Shown: piece by piece, positions 29,069 to 37,277 of the stretch | How the letters are laid out: every line of letters starts with the position of its first letter | How positions within the stretch are numbered: position 1 is the stretch's first letter | IMG/VR virus record: IMGVR_UViG_2875555210_000001 | Direction: 5' to 3' (one strand) | Length of the DNA stretch: 64,000 nt | DNA from: a virus | Taxonomy: Duplodnaviria > Caudoviricetes | Position numbers and translations under genes: made by a program | The notes under the pieces: model-generated | Databases searched by the model: none | What the model was told of the DNA's origin: nothing | What the model saw: only the letters and a program-made list of their open reading frames with translations

Positions 29069-29758
29069 CTAAGCGTTAACCGCCTTACGGCGCTCATCCC
29101 AGAACGTCGGGAACTCCCGCACAGGTGGCAGGTCCAAACCCTCCACATGCACAAGCCGCCCGTAGCTAAGCAAAATCGCCGGCTCAAGGCGCTCGACCAT
29201 CGCGGCCAGGCCCTCACGGAACAGCGCTTGATCCTCCGGCTTCGCCCGCACGCCGACCGCAGACACAGCCACAGGCCCGCCACGAGGCAGACCCTCGAAG
29301 CAGAAGTCGAACGTGTCTGAGCGTGCCCAGCAGGCCGTAGGAATGACGTTCACGCCGTGGCTCTGCCAGTACGCGCCACACCAACGGGACCGGTACACGT
29401 TCCACAACTGCGCTGCACGCGGCATATCGCGCCACAAACTGAAATCTGGCGTCAGGGCACCGCCGACCGCTGTAACTCGCCCCAGCGTCCTCTCAGGGCT
29501 CGTAAACGCCGTCTCAAAACGGTAGTCGTCCAAAAAAAAGTGGATCGCCCCGTTCTCCCGAGCTGCACGCTCCCGCTGACGCGGCAGATGCCACGCCCCC
29601 AGGTAATCGGGCACCCAATCGCAACGCTCAAGATCAGGGAAACCAAACGGATTGCTCGACGGGAAGATCGCACGCAGATTCAACGCGTCCATCTTCGCCG
29701 GAGCCTCCGACCAATACTTAGATGACCTCGTGCCGTAAAGGCTAAGCACCTTAGACAC
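29069..29758 (-). CDS. DUF4417 family protein
   Basis: IHFFLDDYRFE, TPDFSLWRDMP, WNVYRSRWCGAYWQ.HGVNVIPT motifs. Confidence 0.85.
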   Translation of the reverse strand: MSKVLSLYGTRSSKYWSEAPAKMDALNLRAIFPSSNPFGFPDLERCDWVPDYLGAWHLPRQRERAARENGAIHFFLDDYRFETAFTSPERTLGRVTAVGGALTPDFSLWRDMPRAAQLWNVYRSRWCGAYWQSHGVNVIPTACWARSDTFDFCFEGLPRGGPVAVSAVGVRAKPEDQALFREGLAAMVERLEPAILLSYGRLVHVEGLDLPPVREFPTFWDERRKAVNA

Positions 29759-29800
29759 GGACCACCCCCAAGTAAGTCAGCATGAGTACGTTTTCATGAG

Positions 29801-29889
29801 CGGAGAGCAGAGGGATCGAACCCCAAGCTCCATAACGGCTACCCGGCTTTCAAGGCCGGTCGCGGGCCACCCCCGCTGCATTACTCTCC
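29801..29889 (-). tRNA. tRNA-Ser(TGA), atypical 8/4-like cloverleaf
   Basis: CCGGC-CTTGAAA-GCCGG anticodon arm; long variable arm; G73. Confidence 0.8.
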
Positions 29890-29890
29890 G

Positions 29891-29966
29891 TGGTACCCCG
29901 TACAGGACTTGAACCTGTGACCCGCCGATTAAGAGTCGGCTGCTCTACCAACTGAGCTAACGAGGC
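29891..29966 (-). tRNA. tRNA-Lys(CTT)
   Basis: Canonical cloverleaf; loop CTCTTAA; encoded CCA. Confidence 0.95.
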
Positions 29967-30077
29967 AAGGCGTAGTCAATGCACCGCCACGCTTCCCCGT
30001 AGGGGGACAGGCCCGCCGCCTGGTCACCGACTACGCATAAGTGACCGCAGCTTTCAAAGTCCTAGCGATGCAAAGAG

Positions 30078-30151
30078 TGTGCTAGACAGGAATCGAACCC
30101 GCGAAATCCTGATTGGAAGTCAGGCACCCAGCCAACATGGGTTACTAGCAC
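30078..30151 (-). tRNA. tRNA-Gly(TCC)
   Basis: GTGCTAG/CTAGCAC acceptor; CCTGA-CTTCCAA-TCAGG. Confidence 0.85.
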
Positions 30152-30218
30152 GAGAGCTGGCAGTTGTTTAACGTCGCACCAGCAGACGAGTACAGCAGCT
30201 CCGTACGCGAGCCGCCCG

Positions 30219-30293
30219 CTGACCACCCCGGAATCGAACCTGGAACCTCCGGAGTCAGATTCCGGCGCAACTGCCTAATTGTGCTAGCGGTCA
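30219..30293 (-). tRNA. tRNA-Gln(CTG)
   Basis: TGACCGC/GTGGTCA acceptor; CCGGA-ATCTGAC-TCCGG. Confidence 0.85.
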
Positions 30294-30294
30294 A

Positions 30295-30368
30295 TGGCGA
30301 CAGGCCGGGACTTGCACCCGAATCACCCGAGTCACAGTCGGGGGCTTTGCTACTTAAGCTACCTCGCG
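30295..30368 (-). tRNA. tRNA-His(GTG), irregular acceptor stem and TGCAAGT T loop
   Basis: CCCGA-CTGTGAC-TCGGG anticodon arm; ends CCA. Confidence 0.7.
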
Positions 30369-30442
30369 TGGCCCCCGCGAGACTCGAACTCGCACTGACA
30401 GGTACCTAAAACCTGTGCCTCTGCCAATTGGGCTAGAGGGCC
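30369..30442 (-). tRNA. tRNA-Leu(TAG), short variable loop
   Basis: GGCCCTC/GGGGGCC acceptor; CAGGT-TTTAGGT-ACCTG. Confidence 0.88.
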
Positions 30443-30455
30443 GATAAAATCTGCC

Positions 30456-30647
30456 TTACGTCAACCTGACACGGATGCCCCACACCGCTAAGCAGTGCTT
30501 GGGACCGGGTGGGTAGATCGTCAGCACGCGATCCCATTGCTCGCGGGTTAGGTGCAGGTAGCCGTCGTGATACGCGGGGTGATCAGGTACCCATGTCCAC
30601 GGCTTCTCCAACTCGCCTGCGGCCACGATCTGGTCAACGATGTCCAT
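30456..30647 (-). CDS. Hypothetical protein
   Basis: MDIVDQIVAAG...; GGAGG RBS. Confidence 0.55.
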   Translation of the reverse strand: MDIVDQIVAAGELEKPWTWVPDHPAYHDGYLHLTREQWDRVLTIYPPGPKHCLAVWGIRVRLT

Positions 30648-30833
30648 TCGTTCCTCCACCGCTAATTTCGCGCTACGTAAGGTAGTCCAGCCAGCCAGCC
30701 GGGAACGTGAACTCATGTCCGCACTCAAGCGCAACGGTAACGAGCCAGTCCCTATCCTCACGCAAAGCCTGACTAGTCACAGCTTTCAGGTCGTCGTCAG
30801 GACAGTCTGGGCAATGCTGCGACGGAAGCGTGT

Positions 30834-31193
30834 TCATGGCTTTACCCCAACGTCCGACGCATGGCCCCCGCCCTCAGCGTTGCCATGCCACAGCCGACCA
30901 GGACGCACGTCCTCCTCGACATAAGGCGTGTCAGGGCTAATCAGCTCGCCACACACGCACTTAATCGGGTACTCGACCGGCTCAGGCTTCGTCGGAATCG
31001 CTGTAATCATCAATCCCTCATCAGCCAATGCGCTAAGGAGCGCCTGGCCTCGAGCAATGTTGTTCAGCCGATGAATGACCGCTACGACCTCCTGGTCGTA
31101 GATGCCGTACGCGGACTGGACCGGCGTCTCCCACGCGGCCATCATCGCAATGTGGCCGTACTTGGCTAGGGCGTCGTCTCTTGCTGCACTCAT
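30834..31193 (-). CDS. Hypothetical protein
   Basis: MSAARDDALAKYG...; starts just downstream of tRNA-Trp. Confidence 0.55.
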   Translation of the reverse strand: MSAARDDALAKYGHIAMMAAWETPVQSAYGIYDQEVVAVIHRLNNIARGQALLSALADEGLMITAIPTKPEPVEYPIKCVCGELISPDTPYVEEDVRPGRLWHGNAEGGGHASDVGVKP

Positions 31194-31226
31194 GAGCATC
31201 ACCGTACACGGCATGTATGCCATTTG

Positions 31227-31299
31227 CAACCCGACCCCGACTTGAACGGGGAACCTGCGGCTTTGGAGACCGCTGCTCTACCAATTGAGCTACCGAGCT
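31227..31299 (-). tRNA. tRNA-Trp(CCA)
   Basis: Loop CTCCAAA; canonical arms; G73. Confidence 0.92.
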
Positions 31300-31507
31300 A
31301 TAGGGCTATACCGGAGACAGCGCCCAACCTGTTCATCTACGTGCATCACCGCAACCAACACCAACCCCCATCGTGATGCCCGCTCTCCTAGCCGTTCAGT
31401 CGGTGGACTAACCGAAGGGGCCGCACGCCGTGAGGCGGGGTAATCCCTTTAAGCAGGTGCGGGACCGTATAATCTATCCCACCTTAAGCGGTTCGTAACC
31501 TGCATCG

Positions 31508-31581
31508 TCTGGCTGGCAGGATTTGAACCTGCAACCCCTGGCACCCAAAGCCAGCGCTCTACCAAATTGAGCTACAGCCAG
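31508..31581 (-). tRNA. tRNA-Pro(TGG)
   Basis: CTGGCTG/CAGCCAG acceptor; loop TTTGGGT. Confidence 0.93.
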
Positions 31582-31817
31582 ATCGCATTGCCGGTTTGAG
31601 GATGCTCAACCCAGAGAGCATAGCCTTGGCAATGACTGTTGAAACTTACGCGTTACCGACCTTCGCGGGCTTCTTAGCCTGCTCAGGAATTTCGGCCTTA
31701 GGCCACGCCTTGCGGTCCCGAAGTTCCTGCACCCAACCAAGCTCATCCCGGCCAACCTGAATCGGATCAACCTCAACCGGATCAGAAATCAAACCCACAA
31801 TAATCTCCTCTATTTAG

Positions 31818-32063
31818 TTATACACGCGGAGGCCAATTCCAAAACCCCGCCTGCGGAACAGGTGACCACGGCACCCACTCATCAAAGAACAGTCCAGTCG
31901 GACTCAACACCGCCAATGACACCACCGCCGCATTACTGGACTCAGGGTCCACGTCAACCGCAGTAATGATTGCCGCACGCGGCACCAACGGATACTCACC
32001 CTCAGGCGTGCTATACGCCTGATAATGCACTACACGCCCAACCGTGGGCTTCTGCTCACTCAC
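31818..32063 (-). CDS. Phage hypothetical protein (PTVGRVVHY...WNWPPRV)
   Basis: Recognisable small phage family motif. Confidence 0.75.
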   Translation of the reverse strand: MSEQKPTVGRVVHYQAYSTPEGEYPLVPRAAIITAVDVDPESSNAAVVSLAVLSPTGLFFDEWVPWSPVPQAGFWNWPPRV

Positions 32064-32064
32064 G

Positions 32065-32137
32065 AGCCACCTAGCGGAGTCGAACCGCTGACCTGCGCGT
32101 TACGAAGGCGCTGCTCTACCAACTGAGCTAAGGTGGC
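32065..32137 (-). tRNA. tRNA-Thr(CGT)
   Basis: GCCACCT/AGGTGGC acceptor; loop TTCGTAA. Confidence 0.9.
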
Positions 32138-32197
32138 CTTACTGCTACCCTTTCCAACGATTCTCAGTCGGCCAAGGATTGTTAATCTTCCGCTTTT

Positions 32198-32533
32198 TTA
32201 TCCGCGACGGAACCGGGTTAGACGGCGGCGCAAGATCAGGTCGCTCGTTAATGCCCTCCGGCTCCCCACACACGCAGCAAGGATCGCACCAGTCATGGCC
32301 CGACGCGCAGCACTTAGCTTTGAACTCCATGAAGTCCCCCTAGCCTCAAGGGCGGGCCAGCAGTAATGCACAAAGCCCATGTCGTCTCGTATAACGACCT
32401 CGCCGCCTTCGTCATACGACAGCAGCTCACCCACCGCCGTAGCCAGCGGCTCACGGTTTAGCACCACCACCACCTGCTCACCCAGCAGGGACCGCATGTG
32501 ATCAGTCCAGTTACTTTGGCGCACACTCGACAT
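32198..32533 (-). CDS. Hypothetical protein with Sm/LSm-like N-terminal motif
   Basis: MRSLLGEQVVVVL...GELLSYDEGGEVVIRD resembles Sm1. Confidence 0.45.
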   Translation of the reverse strand: MSSVRQSNWTDHMRSLLGEQVVVVLNREPLATAVGELLSYDEGGEVVIRDDMGFVHYCWPALEARGTSWSSKLSAARRAMTGAILAACVGSRRALTSDLILRRRLTRFRRG

Positions 32534-32622
32534 GAAACAGCTTCCCCCAACCACGCCCATACAGCTTATGGAAACGCTCAGTAGGAACGCTCTTGCCGCA
32601 CGCCACGCAAGGCCGCTTGACC

Positions 32623-32877
32623 TTAGGCACGGCGCGACCATCCATCAGCTTCCATCTGGGCACGATGCGAACGCGCGTCGGCGTCGTCAAAGTTCACCGA
32701 CACGCCCACTAGGTAGTGGCCCGGCTTAACCCACAGCTCAACATTCTCATTCGAGATATCAACACCAGCGTCATCGGCCACGAACTGCACAGACTCAAGC
32801 GACCGCTTCATGGCGCTGGGTGTCATATCGCTCTGGCAAGCGTGGTAAAAGAACTGCTTATCAGACGCACTCAGCAT
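32623..32877 (-). CDS. Hypothetical protein
   Basis: MLSASDKQFFY...; GGGGAG RBS. Confidence 0.55.
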   Translation of the reverse strand: MLSASDKQFFYHACQSDMTPSAMKRSLESVQFVADDAGVDISNENVELWVKPGHYLVGVSVNFDDADARSHRAQMEADGWSRRA

Positions 32878-32972
32878 GAAACAACTCCCCCGCGAACTCG
32901 ACAACCTCATCGCCCAGCCGGATCGAATCATCACACGCCACACAACGCGCGAAAACCTCCGACGTGTAAACC

Positions 32973-33203
32973 TCACTCATTAGCGAGAATCGCCGCAACC
33001 TTCGGAGCCAACGTGAACGCATGGCCCCAATCGAGCAACTGCGAATACGCCTCGTCCTCAAGCTCAGCGCCCCCCGGCCCCTGAGACAGGTCAACCGTAT
33101 TCAGGGTGCCGTCACCGTCAATGTACTGAACGATGCGCAGCTCCCCGACCATGATGTTGCCCTGGTCGTCGGGCGAAGAATTATCCGACACTATGCGAAC
33201 CAA
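32973..33203 (-). CDS. Hypothetical protein
   Basis: 76 aa; operonic. Confidence 0.55.
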   Translation of the reverse strand: MVRIVSDNSSPDDQGNIMVGELRIVQYIDGDGTLNTVDLSQGPGGAELEDEAYSQLLDWGHAFTLAPKVAAILANE

Positions 33204-33613
33204 TCTCTCGAAGTCTTATTTCGAGGCTTAGCGTTTTTGCCGTCGCCAAGCTCCTGATTGCACTTCAAGTGCATAGGCTCAAGGTTCTTAGCAGACGCCA
33301 ACAGTGGTGAATCCGGCGGCAACGACGCCACCGCGATCTTGTGGTTAGCGGACTTACCCCACGGATTGCTCTTGCGATAATGCTTAAGCTCCCGGCAATC
33401 AGGGCCACAGTCCAAAGGAATCAAGTGCGCCGTCTCCACCGTGTACTTGCTCGTATCCACGAACTGGCAGACCGGCTTAAGAGTTAGGTCAATCGCCTTA
33501 CGGCAACTTGGGAGTGCGCAAATCTGAGACTGCCTCAGCACGCGGTTACGCGCCCTAAGATAATCACGCTCAGTCTTGCCAGTCCCACCCTTCTTCCGCA
33601 GATTCCCCGGCAT
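33191..33613 (-). CDS. HNH-like endonuclease
   Basis: ICALPSC...SANHKIAV...NLEPMHLKCN pattern. Confidence 0.7.
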   Translation of the reverse strand: MPGNLRKKGGTGKTERDYLRARNRVLRQSQICALPSCRKAIDLTLKPVCQFVDTSKYTVETAHLIPLDCGPDCRELKHYRKSNPWGKSANHKIAVASLPPDSPLLASAKNLEPMHLKCNQELGDGKNAKPRNKTSRDWFA

Positions 33614-33777
33614 ACCGACATTCCCCCTTATCGTCGGGATCGCACCACGAACAGTGCAACCCCGGCATCAAGCGGGCATGACAATCACAGTCGGTCAAAC
33701 CCTCCGCTATGGCCTCCCCATGTCGACCCTTTCCACTCTTAAACTCCCGGTAACGGTTACGGTGCGGGACCGCCGCA

Positions 33778-33993
33778 TTAGACCGGCGTAGCTCCTGCCG
33801 ATACCTGGCTGCCGCCTTGCTCACGGTTCTTCTCCCAACACGAGTAATGACCCTGCGGGCCGGACGGCTTACCGCAGAACGCGCAGTGCATACCGACACA
33901 CTGCCAAGGCCCCTCCGGTGTCAGAGACATGACCCGGCAGCCGAAATGCTCGCCGCCGGGCATGAACTCCGCATGGTCCGCGACCACGGTCAC
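33778..33993 (-). CDS. Small Cys/His-rich hypothetical protein
   Basis: 71 aa; overlaps stop of upstream gene. Confidence 0.5.
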   Translation of the reverse strand: MTVVADHAEFMPGGEHFGCRVMSLTPEGPWQCVGMHCAFCGKPSGPQGHYSCWEKNREQGGSQVSAGATPV

Positions 33994-34172
33994 TTAAGCC
34001 ACCGCTTAGCCGCGCGATCCATATTCAGCTCCGACACGTTATTCGCCAACGTGCCCCGCCAATGACCGGGACCATCCACACCCTTAGGGGCAGGGACATA
34101 CACCTGCTTATTGTCCAGCAGAGCGCCCACAATCACTTGGTGCAGCATATTAGGCTGCGCTACAGGCTTCAT
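33990..34172 (-). CDS. Hypothetical protein
   Basis: 60 aa, coupled to exonuclease. Confidence 0.55.
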   Translation of the reverse strand: MKPVAQPNMLHQVIVGALLDNKQVYVPAPKGVDGPGHWRGTLANNVSELNMDRAAKRWLK

Positions 34173-34957
34173 TAAACCGGCCTCAATTCCGTCGTTCCCC
34201 GAATACGCTTACCGCGCGAAGTCGCCCCACAGTCCTTGCAGCGGTACATCTGATAGATACCCGCCGAAGTGACGTAAGCCTTCACGCCGTCTTTCTTCAA
34301 GTTTTCGCTATTGCACTTAACGCAACGCTCAATACCGTCATCAACCGTGTCCTCATACAAGGCCAGGTTCAGATCAGTCCGGTAAGGCAGGTGCGTCTCA
34401 AACAGACGGGCAGTCAGCTCTACGTCATGTTCGTTGTACTCGCGCATAATCTTCTGCGCTGCGCGCTTCTCAGCCCGCGTACCGTGCCTAATATCCCACC
34501 AGAGGTCACTCCCTCCGTGGTGAACCTTGCGGTCCTTAAGGATCATGCGGGACGACCAATCGAGCTTCATGCTCATCAGCCCGCCCTTGAACCAGCGGCG
34601 CACCGTCTTAATCAAGTCAACCGACTTGTACGGCAGCGGACGGCCCATGCCTAGGCGCAGGAACTCAGCCTCAAGCCATTGCAAGTCGAAGCGGTCCCCG
34701 TTCCACGTGACAACGATGTCGGCGCTATCCAGCGCATCCCACATCACCTGCATCATGGTTCGGTAAGCGGCCTCGTCGTTGTCGTCCCAAGCGGCCTTGA
34801 ACATCACGCGATCCTCACCGCGCCACTTAGCAGCCCAGCACAGGACACGTGTAGGCACTTGCACCTGGTCAATGCCAATGAACTGTTTGAACAGGCCGAA
34901 CGTCTCAACAATGGCGCGCTGCGTCTCAATGTCCAGGATTAGGACGCGGGCGCTCAC
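34172..34957 (-). CDS. DnaQ/RNase H-like 3'-5' exonuclease with C-terminal Zn ribbon
   Basis: ExoI LDIET, ExoII WNGDRFD, ExoIII YNEHDV; CVKC...CKDC. Confidence 0.88.
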   Translation of the reverse strand: MSARVLILDIETQRAIVETFGLFKQFIGIDQVQVPTRVLCWAAKWRGEDRVMFKAAWDDNDEAAYRTMMQVMWDALDSADIVVTWNGDRFDLQWLEAEFLRLGMGRPLPYKSVDLIKTVRRWFKGGLMSMKLDWSSRMILKDRKVHHGGSDLWWDIRHGTRAEKRAAQKIMREYNEHDVELTARLFETHLPYRTDLNLALYEDTVDDGIERCVKCNSENLKKDGVKAYVTSAGIYQMYRCKDCGATSRGKRIRGTTELRPV

Positions 34958-35367
34958 GCGAACGCCTTAGGATGCTTAGCCAAGCTTCTGTAGTACGCAT
35001 CCAGATCAACCGGATAGACAGGGTGATTAATCGTAACGTTGCGTACCTCGATAGGCTTAACCGGCATGGCGGTCTTGCTCCGGAGACGCTTAATCTCCCG
35101 GTCAAGGAACCACTTAGCCTTCTCTAGGTCCTCAATCCACTCAAGTGTGTTCTTACCCTTGTTCTTACTGGTGTCCAGCCGCGTCGACCGCGCAATGTAC
35201 TGCACAGCCTGCCCGCCCGAGCTGGTCAAGTTCTCTGTAATGCTGATCAGCTCTGCGCCGTCCGACCAGCCATCTTTGTAATGACTCGGATTGATAGCGT
35301 CACGCTTAACTGCCTTAGCGGCCTTCTCGGCGGCTAGATGCTCAAGCACTTCCTTTGGATCGGTCAA
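34954..35367 (-). CDS. DUF3310-like protein
   Basis: INPSHY...EDLEKAKWFLDREI motif; TTG start after GGGGG RBS. Confidence 0.8.
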   Translation of the reverse strand: MTDPKEVLEHLAAEKAAKAVKRDAINPSHYKDGWSDGAELISITENLTSSGGQAVQYIARSTRLDTSKNKGKNTLEWIEDLEKAKWFLDREIKRLRSKTAMPVKPIEVRNVTINHPVYPVDLDAYYRSLAKHPKAFA

Positions 35368-35602
35368 TTTTTCCCCCAAGCGCCGCGAACAGCACAGACA
35401 ACCGGTGAACCGGGTCATAGCGTTCAGGCAGCGCATTAATCACATGCAAGGTAAGCACCAACGGCAGCACACGCCCACCAATTGGAAACCTCTGCAAGTA
35501 GCGGTCCCAGCCTTCACTAAGAAGCTCGCCAGGCGGTGCCGCAATCTCATACCCGACAATCGCGCAAAGTAGCACCAACCACGCATAGTCAGATGGCTTC
35601 AC
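35342..35602 (-). CDS. Small membrane protein
   Basis: AWLVL...YEIAAP.GELLSE...DP motif. Confidence 0.65.
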   Translation of the reverse strand: MKPSDYAWLVLLCAIVGYEIAAPPGELLSEGWDRYLQRFPIGGRVLPLVLTLHVINALPERYDPVHRLSVLFAALGGKIDRSKGSA

Positions 35603-35698
35603 TGCACCCCCTTAAGAGAAAGGCGGGTGCCCCGACCCCTCGCCAGGACACCCGCCTCAGCGCAGCCAGAACCGTCACATTCGCGTGCGACGGGCGCG

Positions 35699-36112
35699 CT
35701 AAATCACTTCCGGAAGCTGAATCACCTTAGGGACGCCCTTCTCGCAATCAAGGCAAACCCGGTGACCCGAACCCCATACCTTTGTGTTTTCTCGTGAGTA
35801 CACGTGACCATTACGGCAACGGTTGACCCGCGTCAGAACTTCTGGCTCATCCTCGGTGTGCCATTTCAGATTCACCAGCCGGTTATCTGTGGGATCACCA
35901 TTAAGCCACCGTGGAGCACCCCCAGGTGGACGAGGGCCGACGAACGTCAGCAAGACCAGCATGTGTACCGCCCACGGCCTCCCAGCCGCTTTAACGCGCA
36001 TGCAGCCCCGCTCGTCTGCCCACTCGGACAGTTCCTTGCGAGGACCGCGAATCTTGCCCTGGTCGCTGGCCTCATACCCCTTAAGTTCTGGAATAGGAAT
36101 ATCAGCCCACAT
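35699..36112 (-). CDS. NUMOD4/HNH-like endonuclease
   Basis: W.DIP...YEASDQGKIR; VHMLVLLTFVG; NGDPTDNRLVNLKW; CRNGH; the usual HNH His appears to be W. Confidence 0.75.
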   Translation of the reverse strand: MWADIPIPELKGYEASDQGKIRGPRKELSEWADERGCMRVKAAGRPWAVHMLVLLTFVGPRPPGGAPRWLNGDPTDNRLVNLKWHTEDEPEVLTRVNRCRNGHVYSRENTKVWGSGHRVCLDCEKGVPKVIQLPEVI

Positions 36113-36159
36113 TTGGGTACAACTTTCCCCTCTTTAATTAAATCATGACCAAGAGTTCC

Positions 36160-36498
36160 CTAGCGGGTCGCATGGAAAGTGAGCACGTCCCCGACGCGAA
36201 ATAACGTCCGACCGTTAGCAGCTTTATGCCGCCTGATCTTGTCCGGATGACGCTTAGCCCAGTTCCTCACGTCCCACTCCGAAATGCCGAACCGCTCAGA
36301 CAGTTGCTTAGCGCTCAGCATTTCGTTCACGTCGATAATCGAGTTATCAGACACCCACGGCTGCCCGTACTCTGCCATCTTCTTATCGACTACCAGGCAC
36401 GCCTCTAGGTCAATATCCGCTAGGGCTGACCGGTAGTGGTCAATGATCCTGCGGTACCGGTCGTCCTTAGTGTCCGCAGGCCACGGCCACTTAGCCAC
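36160..36498 (-). CDS. HTH DNA-binding protein
   Basis: LSAKQLSERFGISEWDVRNWAKR...LFRVGDV. Confidence 0.7.
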   Translation of the reverse strand: MAKWPWPADTKDDRYRRIIDHYRSALADIDLEACLVVDKKMAEYGQPWVSDNSIIDVNEMLSAKQLSERFGISEWDVRNWAKRHPDKIRRHKAANGRTLFRVGDVLTFHATR

Positions 36499-36730
36499 CG
36501 CCCGTACGCTCGTAAGCCCACCAGACCCGCAGCTCATCGAGCTTGTCGAACTTGCGACCGTAGTAATCCCAGAGCAGATGCTCACCAGGACTGAACGCCT
36601 CCGCGTGGTCCGCGTTCTGGTAGAAGATGATGCCGTCCGGACGCCCAAAGTTGTAGCGGAACACCCCGCCGTCCGGATGGCTAACCAGGGCCAAGCCGTT
36701 AGCCGACCCCGCTAGCAATGTGTAGCTCAC
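36491..36730 (-). CDS. Hypothetical protein
   Basis: 79 aa; GAGGAGG RBS. Confidence 0.6.
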   Translation of the reverse strand: MSYTLLAGSANGLALVSHPDGGVFRYNFGRPDGIIFYQNADHAEAFSPGEHLLWDYYGRKFDKLDELRVWWAYERTGGG

Positions 36731-36836
36731 TAGTCCTCCTCGGGAGTGATTGAGAACTTGCCGCTGGCGAAGAGGTAGAGCGTGAGCGCGGCCCCAACGA
36801 CCGCGCCCACGAACAACCCCGACAGGTAATTGACCA

Positions 36837-37277
36837 CTAGCCGGAAACCACCAGCTCCCAAGAGTTCTGAATGGCCGCGTTATCGGCAGGCGTCTCCACC
36901 GACCGGTACGCAGGCTTATCCACGTCGATAAGCAGCCACTTCCCCGGCTCGAATGAGAACGCGTACACGCCCTTGCTGTTCTTACGCAGCGTCCCCACCG
37001 GATCGTGAGTCCGCACGTGGTTAATGGCGTCCAGCACGGCTTGCAGCTTCACGTCCATGTTGGCGTGGACCTGGCCGATGGCCTTACGCGCGGCCTTCGT
37101 CTCAGCGGCAGTGAGGGTCAGTACCTCACCGGTCCCCTGCTCGGTCGGCAACACCTGCGAGCGGGCCACCTCATGCGGCTGCACCGCGTGCCCAGCCTTA
37201 CGGCCATTCAGCGTCAACGTGGGAGCCTTAGCAGCGTCCCGGTATGCCGCGTCAGCCGCGCTCATCCCGTACTCCAC
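36837..37277 (-). CDS. Hypothetical protein
   Basis: 146 aa after ClpP. Confidence 0.65.
   Translation of the reverse strand: MEYGMSAADAAYRDAAKAPTLTLNGRKAGHAVQPHEVARSQVLPTEQGTGEVLTLTAAETKAARKAIGQVHANMDVKLQAVLDAINHVRTHDPVGTLRKNSKGVYAFSFEPGKWLLIDVDKPAYRSVETPADNAAIQNSWELVVSG

Noticed and set aside
29801-29889. Selenocysteine or opal suppressor tRNA
   Set aside because: The anticodon is UGA (reads UCA, Ser), not UCA; no sel genes seen.
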